From Solirubrobacterales bacterium (GTDB lineage: Bacteria; Actinomycetota; Thermoleophilia; Solirubrobacterales; 70-9), in contig JBIOWB010000143.1 of the NCBI GenBank assembly GCA_044868125.1, positions 2,150 through 66,149 on the forward strand: DNA of 64,000 bases. The letters are read 5' to 3'. Under the pieces are notes generated by a model. The model ran no database searches and had not been told where the DNA came from. It saw nothing but the letters and a program-made list of their open reading frames with translations. Shown piece by piece: positions 15,193-24,694 of the stretch. Within the stretch, counting starts at the first letter, position 1; each line of letters starts with the position of its first letter. The position numbers and the translations under genes were made by a program.

Positions 15193-16962
15193 ATGCGTAC
15201 CTACCGTCGCCTGATGGGATACCTGCGCCCCTACCGGGCGCAGCTGTGGGGATCGCTGGTCTTCGCCTGGGCGGCGATGGGGATGACGGTGCTGATCCCG
15301 TGGCTGATCGGCAGGGCGGTCAACGCGATCGAGGACGGCAACAAGCCCGACCTGCTGCCGCTGGCGCTGGCGATCGTCGGTGCCGGCATCCTGCGACTGG
15401 GGCTGACGGTGGTGCGGCGCCTGGTCGCCGGCAAGGTCTCGCTGGCAGTCGAATTCGACCTGCGCCAGCAGTTCTACGCGCACCTGCAGCGGCTCGACCT
15501 CGGCTTCTTCGACTCCCAGCAGACCGGGCAGCTGATGTCGCGGGCGACGGTCGACCTGCAGTCGATCCGCTTCTTCCTCGGCTACGGGCTGATCTTCATC
15601 ACCCAGAACCTGTTGACGATCACCCTGGCGGCGGTGGTGATGATCGCGATCAACCCGCTGCTGGCCCTGGTGGCACTGGTCCCGGCGCCGTTCGTCGTCC
15701 TCACCGCCAGCCGCTACAACCTGATGTCGCGGCCGGCGCAGCAGGAGGTCCAGCAGCGGATCGCCGAGCTGACCGCGGAGGCCGAGGAGAACGTCTCCGG
15801 CATCCGCATCGTCAAGGCCTTCGCCCGCGAGGAGCACCAGCTCCACCGCTTCCAGCGCGCCGTCACCCGCGTCTTCGACCAGAGCATCTACGCGACCAAG
15901 CTGCAGGCCACCTTCTCGCCGCTGATCGGGCTGCTGCCGCAGATCGGGATCGCCCTGGTCCTGCTGGTCGGCGGCCGCGAGGTGATCGACGGCAGCCTCA
16001 GCCTCGGCGCCTTCGTCGCCTTCTACACCTACGTCGGCATGCTGGCCGGGCCGATGCGCTCGCTCGGGGTGGCGCTGGGGATGGCCCAGCGCGCGATCGC
16101 CTCCGGCAACCGCATGTTCGAAATCCTCGACCGCGAACCGGCGATCCAGAGCCCCCCCGAGGCGCCTCCTCTCCCCGCAGGCGGCGGCGCCGTCGAGCTG
16201 CGCGGCGTGACGCTGCGCTACGACGGCGGCTCCCCGTCCCTGACGAACGTCGATCTCTCCGTCGAGGCCGGGAAGACGGTGGCGTTGGTCGGGCCGTCCG
16301 GGTCGGGGAAGACGAGCCTGGTCGGGCTGATCGCGCGGCTGTACGACCCGAGCGAGGGGACGGTCCTGGTCGACGGCGCCGACGTGCGCTCGGTCGACGT
16401 CGGCTCGCTGCGGTCGCAGATCGCCTTCGTCGCCGACGACAGCTTCCTCTTCACCGCCACCGTCGCCGAGAACATCGCCTACGCGCGGCAGGAGGCGACG
16501 ACGGAGGAGATCGAAGCCGCCGCCCGCCGCGCCCAGGCCGACGGCTTCATCCGCGAACTGCCCGACGGCTACGAGACCCGCGTCGGCGAGCGCGGCCTCA
16601 CCCTCTCCGGCGGCCAGCGCCAGCGGGTGGCGATCGCCCGCGCCCTGCTCGCCGACCCGCGCATCCTCATCCTCGACGACGCCACCTCCTCGGTCGACGC
16701 CACCACCGAGGCCGCGATCAAAGCCGGCCTGCGCGAGGCGATGGCCGGGCGGACGACCTTCATCATCGCCCACCGCCTCTCCACCGTCTCGCTCGCCGAC
16801 GAGATCGTGGTGATGGACGCGGGGACGATCGTCGACCGCGGCAGCCACGAGGAGCTGATGGAGGGCTGCGGCTTCTACCGCGAGATCGCCGAGCACGGGC
16901 TCGCCGACTCGGTCTTCCTCCAGCGCGATCTGGAGGAGCGAGAGGAGGTGGCGCGGCTATGA
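15193..16962 (+). CDS. ABC exporter, fused permease/ATPase subunit A
   Basis: Six-TM domain, Walker A GPSGSGKTS, signature LSGGQRQR, Walker B ILILDDATS. Confidence 0.9.
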   Translation: MRTYRRLMGYLRPYRAQLWGSLVFAWAAMGMTVLIPWLIGRAVNAIEDGNKPDLLPLALAIVGAGILRLGLTVVRRLVAGKVSLAVEFDLRQQFYAHLQRLDLGFFDSQQTGQLMSRATVDLQSIRFFLGYGLIFITQNLLTITLAAVVMIAINPLLALVALVPAPFVVLTASRYNLMSRPAQQEVQQRIAELTAEAEENVSGIRIVKAFAREEHQLHRFQRAVTRVFDQSIYATKLQATFSPLIGLLPQIGIALVLLVGGREVIDGSLSLGAFVAFYTYVGMLAGPMRSLGVALGMAQRAIASGNRMFEILDREPAIQSPPEAPPLPAGGGAVELRGVTLRYDGGSPSLTNVDLSVEAGKTVALVGPSGSGKTSLVGLIARLYDPSEGTVLVDGADVRSVDVGSLRSQIAFVADDSFLFTATVAENIAYARQEATTEEIEAAARRAQADGFIRELPDGYETRVGERGLTLSGGQRQRVAIARALLADPRILILDDATSSVDATTEAAIKAGLREAMAGRTTFIIAHRLSTVSLADEIVVMDAGTIVDRGSHEELMEGCGFYREIAEHGLADSVFLQRDLEEREEVARL

Positions 16963-18815
16963 CCGACGATGACCGTTCGTCTGTTCCTTTTGGCGGTATA
17001 GGGGCCATAAGGAACAGCGCAGCGCTCTTCCGCGACCTCTGGCGCCTGGTCCGCGGCGAGGACCAGCGGGCGCGCAAGGTGCGCTGGATGATCGGGCTGC
17101 TGCGGCCCTACCGCGGGCGCCTGATCCTGATGTTCGCGGCGCTGCTGCTGGAGACCGCCGCCGCTCTGGCGCCGCCGTACCTCCTGGGCAAGGCGATCGA
17201 CAGCGGCATCAGAGCCGGCGACGTCGCCGCCCTCGACCTGATCGTCGCCGCCTTCGTCCTTGCCACCGTGCTCTACGCGGCAGCCACCTTCTGGGAGACC
17301 TACCTCGTCGGCTGGGTCGGGACGCGGGCGCTGCAGGACCTGCGCGAGCGGATCTTCGCCCACCTGCAGGCGATGTCGATCGGCTTCTTCACCCGCCGCA
17401 GCCCGGGCGTGCTTATCTCGCGGATGACCAACGACGTCGAAGCGCTGAACCAGCTGGTGACGAGTGGGCTGGTGACGATCTTCTCCAGCACCCTGACGTT
17501 GGTCGGGGTGGTCGTGATCATGCTCGCACTCGACCTCAAGCTGGCGCTGATCACCTTCGTCACCTTCCCGCTGCTGGCGGTGGCGAGCGTGATCTTCCGG
17601 ATCGTCTCCGCCGGCACCTACCGAGCCACCCGCGAGCGGATCGCCGCCGTCACCGCCTACCTGCAGGAAACGCTCAGCGGCGTCCGGGTCGTGCGCAGCT
17701 TCGGCCAGGAGCCGCGCCACCGGGCGGCGATGACCGCGCTGAACGAGGAAAACCGCGACGTCAACATGAAGACCGTCTACCTCAACGCCTCCTACTTCCC
17801 CGCGGTCGAACTGCTGGCGGCGGTGGGGACGGCGGTGATCCTGCTCTACGGCGGCACCCAGGCGGTCGATGGCGCGCTCGAAGTCGGCGTCGTCGTCGCC
17901 TTCGTCGGCTACCTGACCCGCTTCTTCGAACCGATCCAGGAACTCTCCCAGCTCTACACGACCTACCAACAGGGGATGGCGGCGCTGGACAAGATCTTCG
18001 ACCTGCTGGACACGGCGCCGGACATGGTCGACGCGCCGAACGCGGTCGACCCGGGGACGTTGCGCGGGGAGATCGAGCTCGACGGGGTCTGGTTCTCCTA
18101 CGCCGAAGAGGGGGAGCCGGCCGAGGACGCTTGGGCGCTGCGCGACGTCGACCTCCACGTGCCGCCCGGGCAGACGCTGGCGCTGGTCGGCGCCACCGGG
18201 GCTGGAAAGTCGACCTTCGCGAAGCTGGTCGCGCGCTTCTACGACCCGCAGCAGGGGACTGTGCGAGTGGACGGCCACGACCTGCGCGGGGTGCAGCAGG
18301 GGGCGCTGCGTCGTCAGCTCGGGATCGTGCCCCAGGAGGGCTTCCTCTTCAGCGGCAGCGTCCGCGAAAACGTCGCCTTCGGCAGGCCGGAGGCGAGCGA
18401 GGGGGAGATCGAAGCCGCGATCGCCGCCGTCGGCGCCACCGAGTTCGTCAAAGCCCTCCCCCAGGGTCTCGACACCGAAGTCGGCGAGCGCGGCATCCAG
18501 CTCTCGGCCGGTCAGCGCCAGCTGGTCGCCTTCGCCCGCGCCCTCCTCGCCGAACCCCGCATCCTCATCCTCGACGAGGCCACCTCCAACGTCGACGTCC
18601 GCACCGAGAAAACGATCGAGCGCGGCCTCGAGCGCCTCCTCCACGGCCGCACCGCCATCGTCATCGCCCACCGCCTCTCCACCATCCGCCGCGCCGGCAA
18701 GATCGTCGTCCTCGAGCAAGGCAGGATCGCCGAGCAGGGTACTCACGAAGAGCTGATCGCCGCCGGCGGGCCGTACTCGAAGCTGTACGGGGCGTGGGTT
18801 GAGTCAGCGGCTTAG
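16959..18815 (+). CDS. ABC exporter, fused permease/ATPase subunit B
   Basis: ATGA overlap with subunit A. Walker A GATGAGKST, signature LSAGQRQL, Walker B ILILDEATS. The 1234-aa ORF-track entry is an upstream in-frame artefact. Confidence 0.9.
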   Translation: MTDDDRSSVPFGGIGAIRNSAALFRDLWRLVRGEDQRARKVRWMIGLLRPYRGRLILMFAALLLETAAALAPPYLLGKAIDSGIRAGDVAALDLIVAAFVLATVLYAAATFWETYLVGWVGTRALQDLRERIFAHLQAMSIGFFTRRSPGVLISRMTNDVEALNQLVTSGLVTIFSSTLTLVGVVVIMLALDLKLALITFVTFPLLAVASVIFRIVSAGTYRATRERIAAVTAYLQETLSGVRVVRSFGQEPRHRAAMTALNEENRDVNMKTVYLNASYFPAVELLAAVGTAVILLYGGTQAVDGALEVGVVVAFVGYLTRFFEPIQELSQLYTTYQQGMAALDKIFDLLDTAPDMVDAPNAVDPGTLRGEIELDGVWFSYAEEGEPAEDAWALRDVDLHVPPGQTLALVGATGAGKSTFAKLVARFYDPQQGTVRVDGHDLRGVQQGALRRQLGIVPQEGFLFSGSVRENVAFGRPEASEGEIEAAIAAVGATEFVKALPQGLDTEVGERGIQLSAGQRQLVAFARALLAEPRILILDEATSNVDVRTEKTIERGLERLLHGRTAIVIAHRLSTIRRAGKIVVLEQGRIAEQGTHEELIAAGGPYSKLYGAWVESAA

Positions 18816-18836
18816 GGACCAAAACCCTGTCGGTAT

Positions 18837-18921
18837 GGAGGGGGTGGTATCCCTCTCCCTCCCTGGGATTTTCGCCGCTGACTCCCCAGCTCTCGACAAC
18901 TTTCCAGTGCGAAAATCAGGG
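18837..18921 (+). repeat. structured 3' element 'Y' (copy A): GC hairpin plus long-range helix CCCTG-GATTTTCGC / GCGAAAATCAGGG
   Basis: Homologous to the reverse complement of 29260-29344. Hairpin 18837-18858 contains one G-U that is only valid on the plus strand. Confidence 0.6.
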
Positions 18922-19012
18922 ACGCCGGTCGGGAGACGGACACCACCCCCTCCCAGCAACAGAGCTCCGGCCGACGCCGAGGGCTCAGCGCACGCAGGCA
19001 GATGCGGCAGGG

Positions 19013-19054
19013 CTTCCGAGTTTGAGCACACTCTGGTGTGTCGAAAATCGGAAG
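19013..19054. terminator. long imperfect hairpin after the lipoprotein gene stop (X-like module)
   Basis: CTTCCGA (19013-19019) pairs with TCGGAAG (19048-19054). Inner CACAC/GTGTG stem with loop TCTG. Confidence 0.45.
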
Positions 19055-19078
19055 GGTTGGTCAGCGTGACCGCTTTGA

Positions 19079-19837
19079 TCAGCCGGGACCCACGCCGCCT
19101 GATTCGGAGCCGCCCGTTTCGCCGTCGCCGCCTTCGGGGGCCACTTCGGCACCGCCGCCGGCGCCGCCGGTTTCGGGGGCCGCTTCTTCTTCGGGGACGA
19201 CTTCTTCTTCGGGGGCCGCTTCTTCGAATTCGGGTTCGGATTCGACCCCGCCTTCTTCGACCCCGCCGAATTCTTCGCCCCCTTCGGCGCCGGTCGAGCC
19301 ATCAGCGGTGCTCGGCGTGACCGCTCCAGGGCCTTCGCTGCACTGTTCGAAGCCGTAGATTTCAGCCTGGGTCTCGAATTCTTCGAGCGCCGGGGTCGCT
19401 TCGGTCGCCGCCTCGCCGAGGGCGGCGGTGTCTTCGCGTTCGGACGCCAGCTTCACTTCGCCCTCGACCTTGGCCAGCTCTTCCGCCGCTTCGGCGAACT
19501 TCATGTAGCTGCCGTCGTCTCCTTCGGGCGTCCCAAGTTCCTGCAGCCGTTCGACCATCCCCGTGTAGAGGTTGGCGGTTTTTTCGATCGTTTCCGGGAC
19601 GGCGCTTTCTTCGGGTTCCGAATCCAGAGCCCCGACCGCGGCGTTGGTCTCGGCGCAGACGTCGTCGCCGCGTTCGATCAGCTCCGATTTCGTCAGCTCT
19701 TCTGGTTCTTCGGTGGTCGTCACCGCCGTCGTTTCGGTCTCGTCGCCACCGCCGCCGCAGCCGCCGATCGCCAGCGCGACCAGCGCGGCGAGCAGAAGCA
19801 GGATCGTCTTGTTCGTCTTGTTGCCGGAGAAGCTCAC
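19079..19837 (-). CDS. lipoprotein with acidic low-complexity C-terminus
   Basis: LLLLAALVALAIGGCGGGG lipobox. C-terminal Glu/Gly/Pro-rich tail. Confidence 0.7.
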   Translation of the reverse strand: MSFSGNKTNKTILLLLAALVALAIGGCGGGGDETETTAVTTTEEPEELTKSELIERGDDVCAETNAAVGALDSEPEESAVPETIEKTANLYTGMVERLQELGTPEGDDGSYMKFAEAAEELAKVEGEVKLASEREDTAALGEAATEATPALEEFETQAEIYGFEQCSEGPGAVTPSTADGSTGAEGGEEFGGVEEGGVESEPEFEEAAPEEEVVPEEEAAPETGGAGGGAEVAPEGGDGETGGSESGGVGPG

Positions 19838-19891
19838 GTGGGTGGCGACGCTAGCAAAGCGATTTGACGGCTTTGCAGGGGTTCAACGAAG

Positions 19892-19962
19892 CTGCGGCCC
19901 AGGGACTCGAACCCCGACTACCTCGTCCAGAGCGAGGCGTGCTGCCATTACACCAGGCCGCA
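19892..19962 (-). tRNA. tRNA-Gln (anticodon CUG)
   Basis: Minus strand reads UGCGGCC UG GUGUAAUGGCAGCAC G CCUCG CUCUGGA CGAGG UAGU CGGGG UUCGAGU CCCUG GGCCGCA G. Full cloverleaf with U1-A72, as in bacterial tRNA-Gln. CCA is not encoded. Confidence 0.9.
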
Positions 19963-19972
19963 ACGGCTGCTC

Positions 19973-21208
19973 TCAGGATATCGACGCGAGATCGGCGGCG
20001 GGATCTTCGAGCCGCGCCACCGCATCGGAAACGTCAACCCCCTCGGCCAGCATCCGCCGCGCCTCGGCCAGGTCCTCCGAGCGCTCGACGCTGAGGCAGC
20101 CGGCGACGCGCCCGCCCTGCAGGTACCAGACCGAGAACTCGCCACCGTCGCGGTCGCCCCGCCAGATTTCCTGGTCCCACTCGTAGGCCGGCCCGACGTA
20201 CTCGAGGCTCGCCCAGTCGGCGAGGTCGCTGAAGAAGTAGGGGACGACGTCGTAATCCTCGTCGGCGTCGAGCATGTTGGCGCCGGCCTTGAGGCCCTGC
20301 TGCATCGCCACGTCCCAGTGCTCGACGTGGATGCGGCGGCCGTGGACGACGCTCTCGTACGAGCAGCAATCGCCCGCCGCGTAGATCCCCTCGGCCGAGG
20401 TCCGCAGCTTCGAGTCGCAGACGACGCCGCCGTCGCCGACCTCGAGCCCCGCCCGCTGCGCCAGCATCGCGTCCGGTCGCACCCCGGCGCCGACGACGAC
20501 CGCGTCGCACTCGACCGTCAGCCCGCTCTCGGCGATCACCGCCTTGACCCGGCCGTCGCCCTCGAAGGCGCTCAGGGTCTCGCCGCCGTGGAAAGCGACG
20601 CCGTGCTCTTCCAACCGCCCCTGGAACCAGCGCCCCGCCTCCTCGCCGAAGGTCCGCGACAGTGCCACGCCCTCCATCGCGATGATCGTGCACTTCGTCC
20701 CCCGCGCGGTCAGCGAGGCCGCCACCTCGCAGCCGATGTAGCTGCCGCCGACCAGGACCACGTGCTCGGCCGCCTCGGCGTCGGCGCGGATCGCGTCGGA
20801 GTTGCCGAAGGCGCGCAGGTAGTGGATGCCCTCGTTCTCGGCCCCCTCGACCCGGAGGATGTTGACCATCGCCCCGGTCCCGAGCAGCGCCCTGCCGAAA
20901 CCGACCTCTTCCCCGCCCTGGACCTTCGCCGTCCGGTTCTCGACATCGAGCGACATCACGTTGCGCCCGGTCAGCAGCTCGACGCCGTTCTCCTCGTACC
21001 AGGAGGGCGAGTTGACGTAGGCGTCCTCGCGGCTCGCCTCGCCGCGCAGGTACTCCTTCGAGATCGGCGGCCGTTCGTAGGGCGGCTCGGGCTCGCGCCC
21101 GACCAGCAGGATCGAGCCGTCGGCCCCGCGCCGGCGCAGCTCCTGAGCGCAATGGGCGGAGGCCATGCCCCCGCCGATCAGCAGGAAATCGACTTCACGG
21201 TCGGCCAT
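19973..21208 (-). CDS. FAD-dependent pyridine nucleotide-disulfide oxidoreductase (ferredoxin reductase / AIF-like)
   Basis: DFLLIGGGMASAHCA dinucleotide fold, a second GGSYIGCEVA fold, YAAGDC. Confidence 0.85.
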   Translation of the reverse strand: MADREVDFLLIGGGMASAHCAQELRRRGADGSILLVGREPEPPYERPPISKEYLRGEASREDAYVNSPSWYEENGVELLTGRNVMSLDVENRTAKVQGGEEVGFGRALLGTGAMVNILRVEGAENEGIHYLRAFGNSDAIRADAEAAEHVVLVGGSYIGCEVAASLTARGTKCTIIAMEGVALSRTFGEEAGRWFQGRLEEHGVAFHGGETLSAFEGDGRVKAVIAESGLTVECDAVVVGAGVRPDAMLAQRAGLEVGDGGVVCDSKLRTSAEGIYAAGDCCSYESVVHGRRIHVEHWDVAMQQGLKAGANMLDADEDYDVVPYFFSDLADWASLEYVGPAYEWDQEIWRGDRDGGEFSVWYLQGGRVAGCLSVERSEDLAEARRMLAEGVDVSDAVARLEDPAADLASIS

Positions 21209-21275
21209 CGCAGCAAGCTCCTATCCGGTTGGTGTCCGAACTCCTACCCGGTTAGCGTCCGGGATCACAGCGGTC

Positions 21276-21956
21276 TTACCCGCCGTTGGCGCCGTTGCCC
21301 TCGGGGCCGAAGAGCGTCTTCAGGTCGTCCTCCTTGCCCGGGTCGAGCACGGCGAGGACCTCGTCGCCTTCCTGCAGCACGGTGTCGGCGTTGGGAACGA
21401 AGCCCTTGCCGGCGCGCAGGACCGAGATCAGCAGGCTCCCTTCGGGCATCCGCAGGTCGCCGACGCGGCGGCCGGTCACGCCGGAGTCCTTGCCGAGCAG
21501 CATCTCGATGATCTCCAGCTGCTCCTCCTGCAGGTCGAGCAGGTGCACCAAGCCGTACTCGGGCACCTCGTGCTCGAGCAGGCGCAGGATCAGGTCGGTC
21601 GCCGAGACCGAGGGCTTGATGCCGAGCAGGTCGAAGTGCTGACGGTTGCGCGGGTTGTTGACCCGGGCGATGATCTGGTCGACCAGGTACTTCTCCTTCG
21701 CCACCTGGCAGATCAGCACGTTGTCCTCGTCGTCGCCGGTGACCGCGATCACCATGTCGGCGCGCTGGATCCCGGCCCGCTCCAGCACCCAGAGCTCGGA
21801 GGCGTCGCCATAGGAGACGTTGTGCTCGAGCTCCTGCTCGACGGTCAGGTAGCGGCGCCGGTCGCTCTCGATCAGCGTCACCTCGTGCCCTTTGTCGAGC
21901 AGCTCCCGCGCCAGGTTCCACCCCACCTTGCCCGCTCCGACGACGATGATGTACAT
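21276..21956 (-). CDS. trkA: Trk-system potassium uptake protein TrkA (RCK N plus C domains)
   Basis: MYIIVVGAGKVGWNLARELLDKGHEVTLIE Rossmann motif plus a C-terminal TrkA-C-like domain. Confidence 0.85.
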   Translation of the reverse strand: MYIIVVGAGKVGWNLARELLDKGHEVTLIESDRRRYLTVEQELEHNVSYGDASELWVLERAGIQRADMVIAVTGDDEDNVLICQVAKEKYLVDQIIARVNNPRNRQHFDLLGIKPSVSATDLILRLLEHEVPEYGLVHLLDLQEEQLEIIEMLLGKDSGVTGRRVGDLRMPEGSLLISVLRAGKGFVPNADTVLQEGDEVLAVLDPGKEDDLKTLFGPEGNGANGG

Positions 21957-22008
21957 GCTTCTTCCAGTTCTCCTAGGTGAGTGGTTCCATGGCGAAGTGG
22001 GCGACCAT

Positions 22009-22473
22009 CTAGACCGTCGCCGCGGCGTCGTCGGCCGCTCCGCCGCGATCGGCCGCCTCGCGCACCGCGCTCTCCAGCATGTCGATCGCGACCCGGGTCG
22101 GGCAGACCGTGTGCAGCCCCTGCCGCTGGTACCACTCGGCCCGCAGCGGGTCGAGCACGCGCGCGACCACCGTCGGCACTTCGTAGCGCCGCTGGGCGAT
22201 CTGGGCGATGACGATGTTGGTGTTGTCGCCGTCGGTGGAGGCGATGAAGACGTCAGCCTGCCCGATTCCGGCCGCCTCCAGCGCCTCGGCCTCCAGCCCC
22301 GCCCCGACCGTGAACTGGCCGCCGAGGTCCTCCCAGCTCTTCTCCAGCCCGACCTCGAGCCGCGCGTGCGACTCCGGGTCCTCGTCGAGGCAGGAGACGG
22401 TGTGGCCCTCGCGGAGCATCGCCCGCGCCACCGAGGAGCCGACGCGGCCGCAACCGACGATCAAGACGAACAT
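22009..22473 (-). CDS. TrkA-N (RCK N-terminal) domain protein
   Basis: MFVLIVGCGRVGSSVARAMLREGHTVSCLD. Only the N-domain length (154 aa). Confidence 0.8.
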   Translation of the reverse strand: MFVLIVGCGRVGSSVARAMLREGHTVSCLDEDPESHARLEVGLEKSWEDLGGQFTVGAGLEAEALEAAGIGQADVFIASTDGDNTNIVIAQIAQRRYEVPTVVARVLDPLRAEWYQRQGLHTVCPTRVAIDMLESAVREAADRGGAADDAAATV

Positions 22474-22502
22474 GGGCCGGATACTAGACGTAAGGGAGGG
22501 GC

Positions 22503-24506
22503 CTATTCGGGTTCCGGTGGAGCCGTGAGCAGGACCCGGCAGGGGGCTTTCTTCAGCACGTACTCGGTCGCCGCCCCGATCTCGGCCGGCTTGGCGGCGC
22601 CGATGCCGCCCAGCACGCCGCCGCCGCGGATCTTCGTCGGCGGCTCCCCGCCGATCACGATCGCTTCCGCGTTGCCGCGGCGGGCGGCCTCGAGGATGCC
22701 CGCTCCGACCTTGCGGGCGCGGATCACGTCGGTCGTGACCTCGACGTCTTCGTACTCCTCACCCACCTCGCGCGCCCGCTCCAGCGCCCGCCGCGCCTGC
22801 TCCTCGCGCTCCTTCGGCAGCTTCGCGTCCAACGGCAGCGTCAGCGGCACCTCGATCACGTAGACGACGTCGAGCCGGGAGATCCCCTCGTCGCGGTCCC
22901 CGTCCGCGTCGGCCGCGGCCAGCCTCCCCGCGGTGGCGACGATGTCGTCGTCGAACCTGGTGCCGAAGACGGGCACGAGGATGTTGCTGAACTCGATCTC
23001 CGGCACCTGCTTGGTCAGCGCCCGCTCGGTGACCGAGACCCGCTTGGTCAGCGTCGTCCCCTCGACGACCTTGCGGTAGACGACGTAGAAGACGAGCCCG
23101 AAGGCCATCCAGGCGAGGCCGACCCAGCGCGCGGTCGAGTGGTAGGCGAGGACGCTGATGAAGGCGAGGCCGCTGAGGACGGCGGCGGCGACCGCCGGCA
23201 GCGGCACCGTGGCGACACCCCAGTGGAACCCGAAGGGGATTCGGAACGGCCGCCGCCGGTCGGGTTCCTTCACCCGCAGACGAATGATCGAGAGGTGGGC
23301 GATCGTGATCGCCAGCGTCGCCCCAAAGGCGTAGATGCTGGCCAGCAGCTTGACGTCGGTGGGGACGACGAGGCCGATCGCGACGATGCCGCTGATCGCG
23401 ATCGCCACGTAGGGAGTGGCCGTGCGACGGTCGAGTTGGCCGAGCCAGCTGGGGATCTGGCGGTTGATCGCCAGCGTGTAGATGTGGCGGGAGACGCCGA
23501 GCATCGAGGTGCTGGCGGCCCAGATCAGGACCGGGGTCGCGATTGCGGTGACCAGCCAGCGCATCAGGTCGGCAACCCAGGCCGGGTGGTACTGCGAGAC
23601 CACCCCCAGCACCGGCTCCTCGACGAACTCGCCGCCGAGAGCGGTGTGCAGCCCGGCGGGGCCGGCGACCACCGGCACCGCCATCAGCGCGATCGCCGCC
23701 ATCAGCGCGTAGACGAGCGGAACGCCGATAGCGCCGATCGCGGCGACCCGGCGCAGATCGTCGCGGCCGACGTCGATGTCGGGCGCCAGGTCCGAGGCGG
23801 CCTCGATCCCGGCGTAGGCGAGCATCGCCACCACCGCCGCGTAGACGATGTTCTTGAAGGTCGGCTCGGTGAAGAGTTGGACGTGCTCGGTGAGGCGGTC
23901 GGGGTGCATCACGACCAGCGCCCCGACGACGATCACCGCCAGCTGCAGGCCGAGGTCGGCGAGGGCGAGGAAGACCAGCGAGGCCTGCCGCTCGCGGCCG
24001 GTGACGTTGAGGATGTTGAGGACGCAGACCCCGACGATCACCGCCGTCGCGATGGCGATCTCCCAGCCCGCGTCGCTGAAGCTGCCGGAGACAGGCTCCA
24101 GGTAATGCGGCACCGAGATCGCCGCCAGGGCGATCACGATCAGGTAGTCGATCAGGATCGCCCAGCCGGCGATGAAGGCGACCAGCTCGTTGAAGGCGTG
24201 GCGGGCGAAGGTCGAGGAACCGCCGCGCTCCCGGAACATCGCACCGCCCTCGACGTAGGTGAGCGTGGTGAGGCCGAAGAGGAGGCCGGCGGCGAGGAAG
24301 ATCAGCGGCGTCAGGCCGAGGCCGCGGTCGGCGACGACGCCGAGGGCGAAGTAGATCGAGAAGCCGACCGCAGAGTAGGCGGCGGCGAAGAGCCAGGGGA
24401 CCCCGAGGCCGCGCTCGAGGATCGGCTCGGCGCGGGGCTCCTCGGGCCGGCGCGGGCTCTCGGCCGGCGGGCGGCCGTCGCTGCGCGACCGCTGCTGGCC
24501 GTTCAT
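22503..24506 (-). CDS. APC-family amino acid/cation permease fused to a C-terminal universal stress protein domain
   Basis: 12-TM permease body (AAYSAVGFSIYFALG...) followed by a Usp-like tail (ILVPVFG...AEAIVIGGE...PCRVLL). Confidence 0.85.
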   Translation of the reverse strand: MNGQQRSRSDGRPPAESPRRPEEPRAEPILERGLGVPWLFAAAYSAVGFSIYFALGVVADRGLGLTPLIFLAAGLLFGLTTLTYVEGGAMFRERGGSSTFARHAFNELVAFIAGWAILIDYLIVIALAAISVPHYLEPVSGSFSDAGWEIAIATAVIVGVCVLNILNVTGRERQASLVFLALADLGLQLAVIVVGALVVMHPDRLTEHVQLFTEPTFKNIVYAAVVAMLAYAGIEAASDLAPDIDVGRDDLRRVAAIGAIGVPLVYALMAAIALMAVPVVAGPAGLHTALGGEFVEEPVLGVVSQYHPAWVADLMRWLVTAIATPVLIWAASTSMLGVSRHIYTLAINRQIPSWLGQLDRRTATPYVAIAISGIVAIGLVVPTDVKLLASIYAFGATLAITIAHLSIIRLRVKEPDRRRPFRIPFGFHWGVATVPLPAVAAAVLSGLAFISVLAYHSTARWVGLAWMAFGLVFYVVYRKVVEGTTLTKRVSVTERALTKQVPEIEFSNILVPVFGTRFDDDIVATAGRLAAADADGDRDEGISRLDVVYVIEVPLTLPLDAKLPKEREEQARRALERAREVGEEYEDVEVTTDVIRARKVGAGILEAARRGNAEAIVIGGEPPTKIRGGGVLGGIGAAKPAEIGAATEYVLKKAPCRVLLTAPPEPE

Positions 24507-24694
24507 CTCCCCAACCTCGCCCCCGCCCAGAGGCGGCCGGCGCCGACGCCGACGAAGGCGAGCCCCATCAGGAAGCCGAGCGAGAGCGGGCCACCGCCGC
24601 CCGCAATGGTTACGACCAGCAGCGCGAGGCCGATCGCGACGAAGGCGAGCGAGAAGGCACGGACGGCGCCGCGGTAGATGCGCTCGCCGCTCAT
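24503..24694 (-). CDS. small two-TM membrane protein
   Basis: 63 aa with high GC3. ATGA overlaps with both flanking permease genes (24691-24694 and 24503-24506). Confidence 0.55.
   Translation of the reverse strand: MSGERIYRGAVRAFSLAFVAIGLALLVVTIAGGGGPLSLGFLMGLAFVGVGAGRLWAGARLGR

Noticed and set aside
15111-16958. A 1234-aa ORF suggesting a giant ABC protein.
   Set aside because: The first 616 codons are an Arg/Pro-rich alternate frame of ABC subunit A. The real subunit B starts at ATG 16959, overlapping the subunit A stop (ATGA).
19079-19330. A repetitive-looking GAA/GGC-rich DNA stretch, checked as a possible tandem repeat or CRISPR-like array.
   Set aside because: It encodes the acidic Glu/Gly/Pro low-complexity tail of the lipoprotein. 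It has no regular repeat-spacer periodicity.
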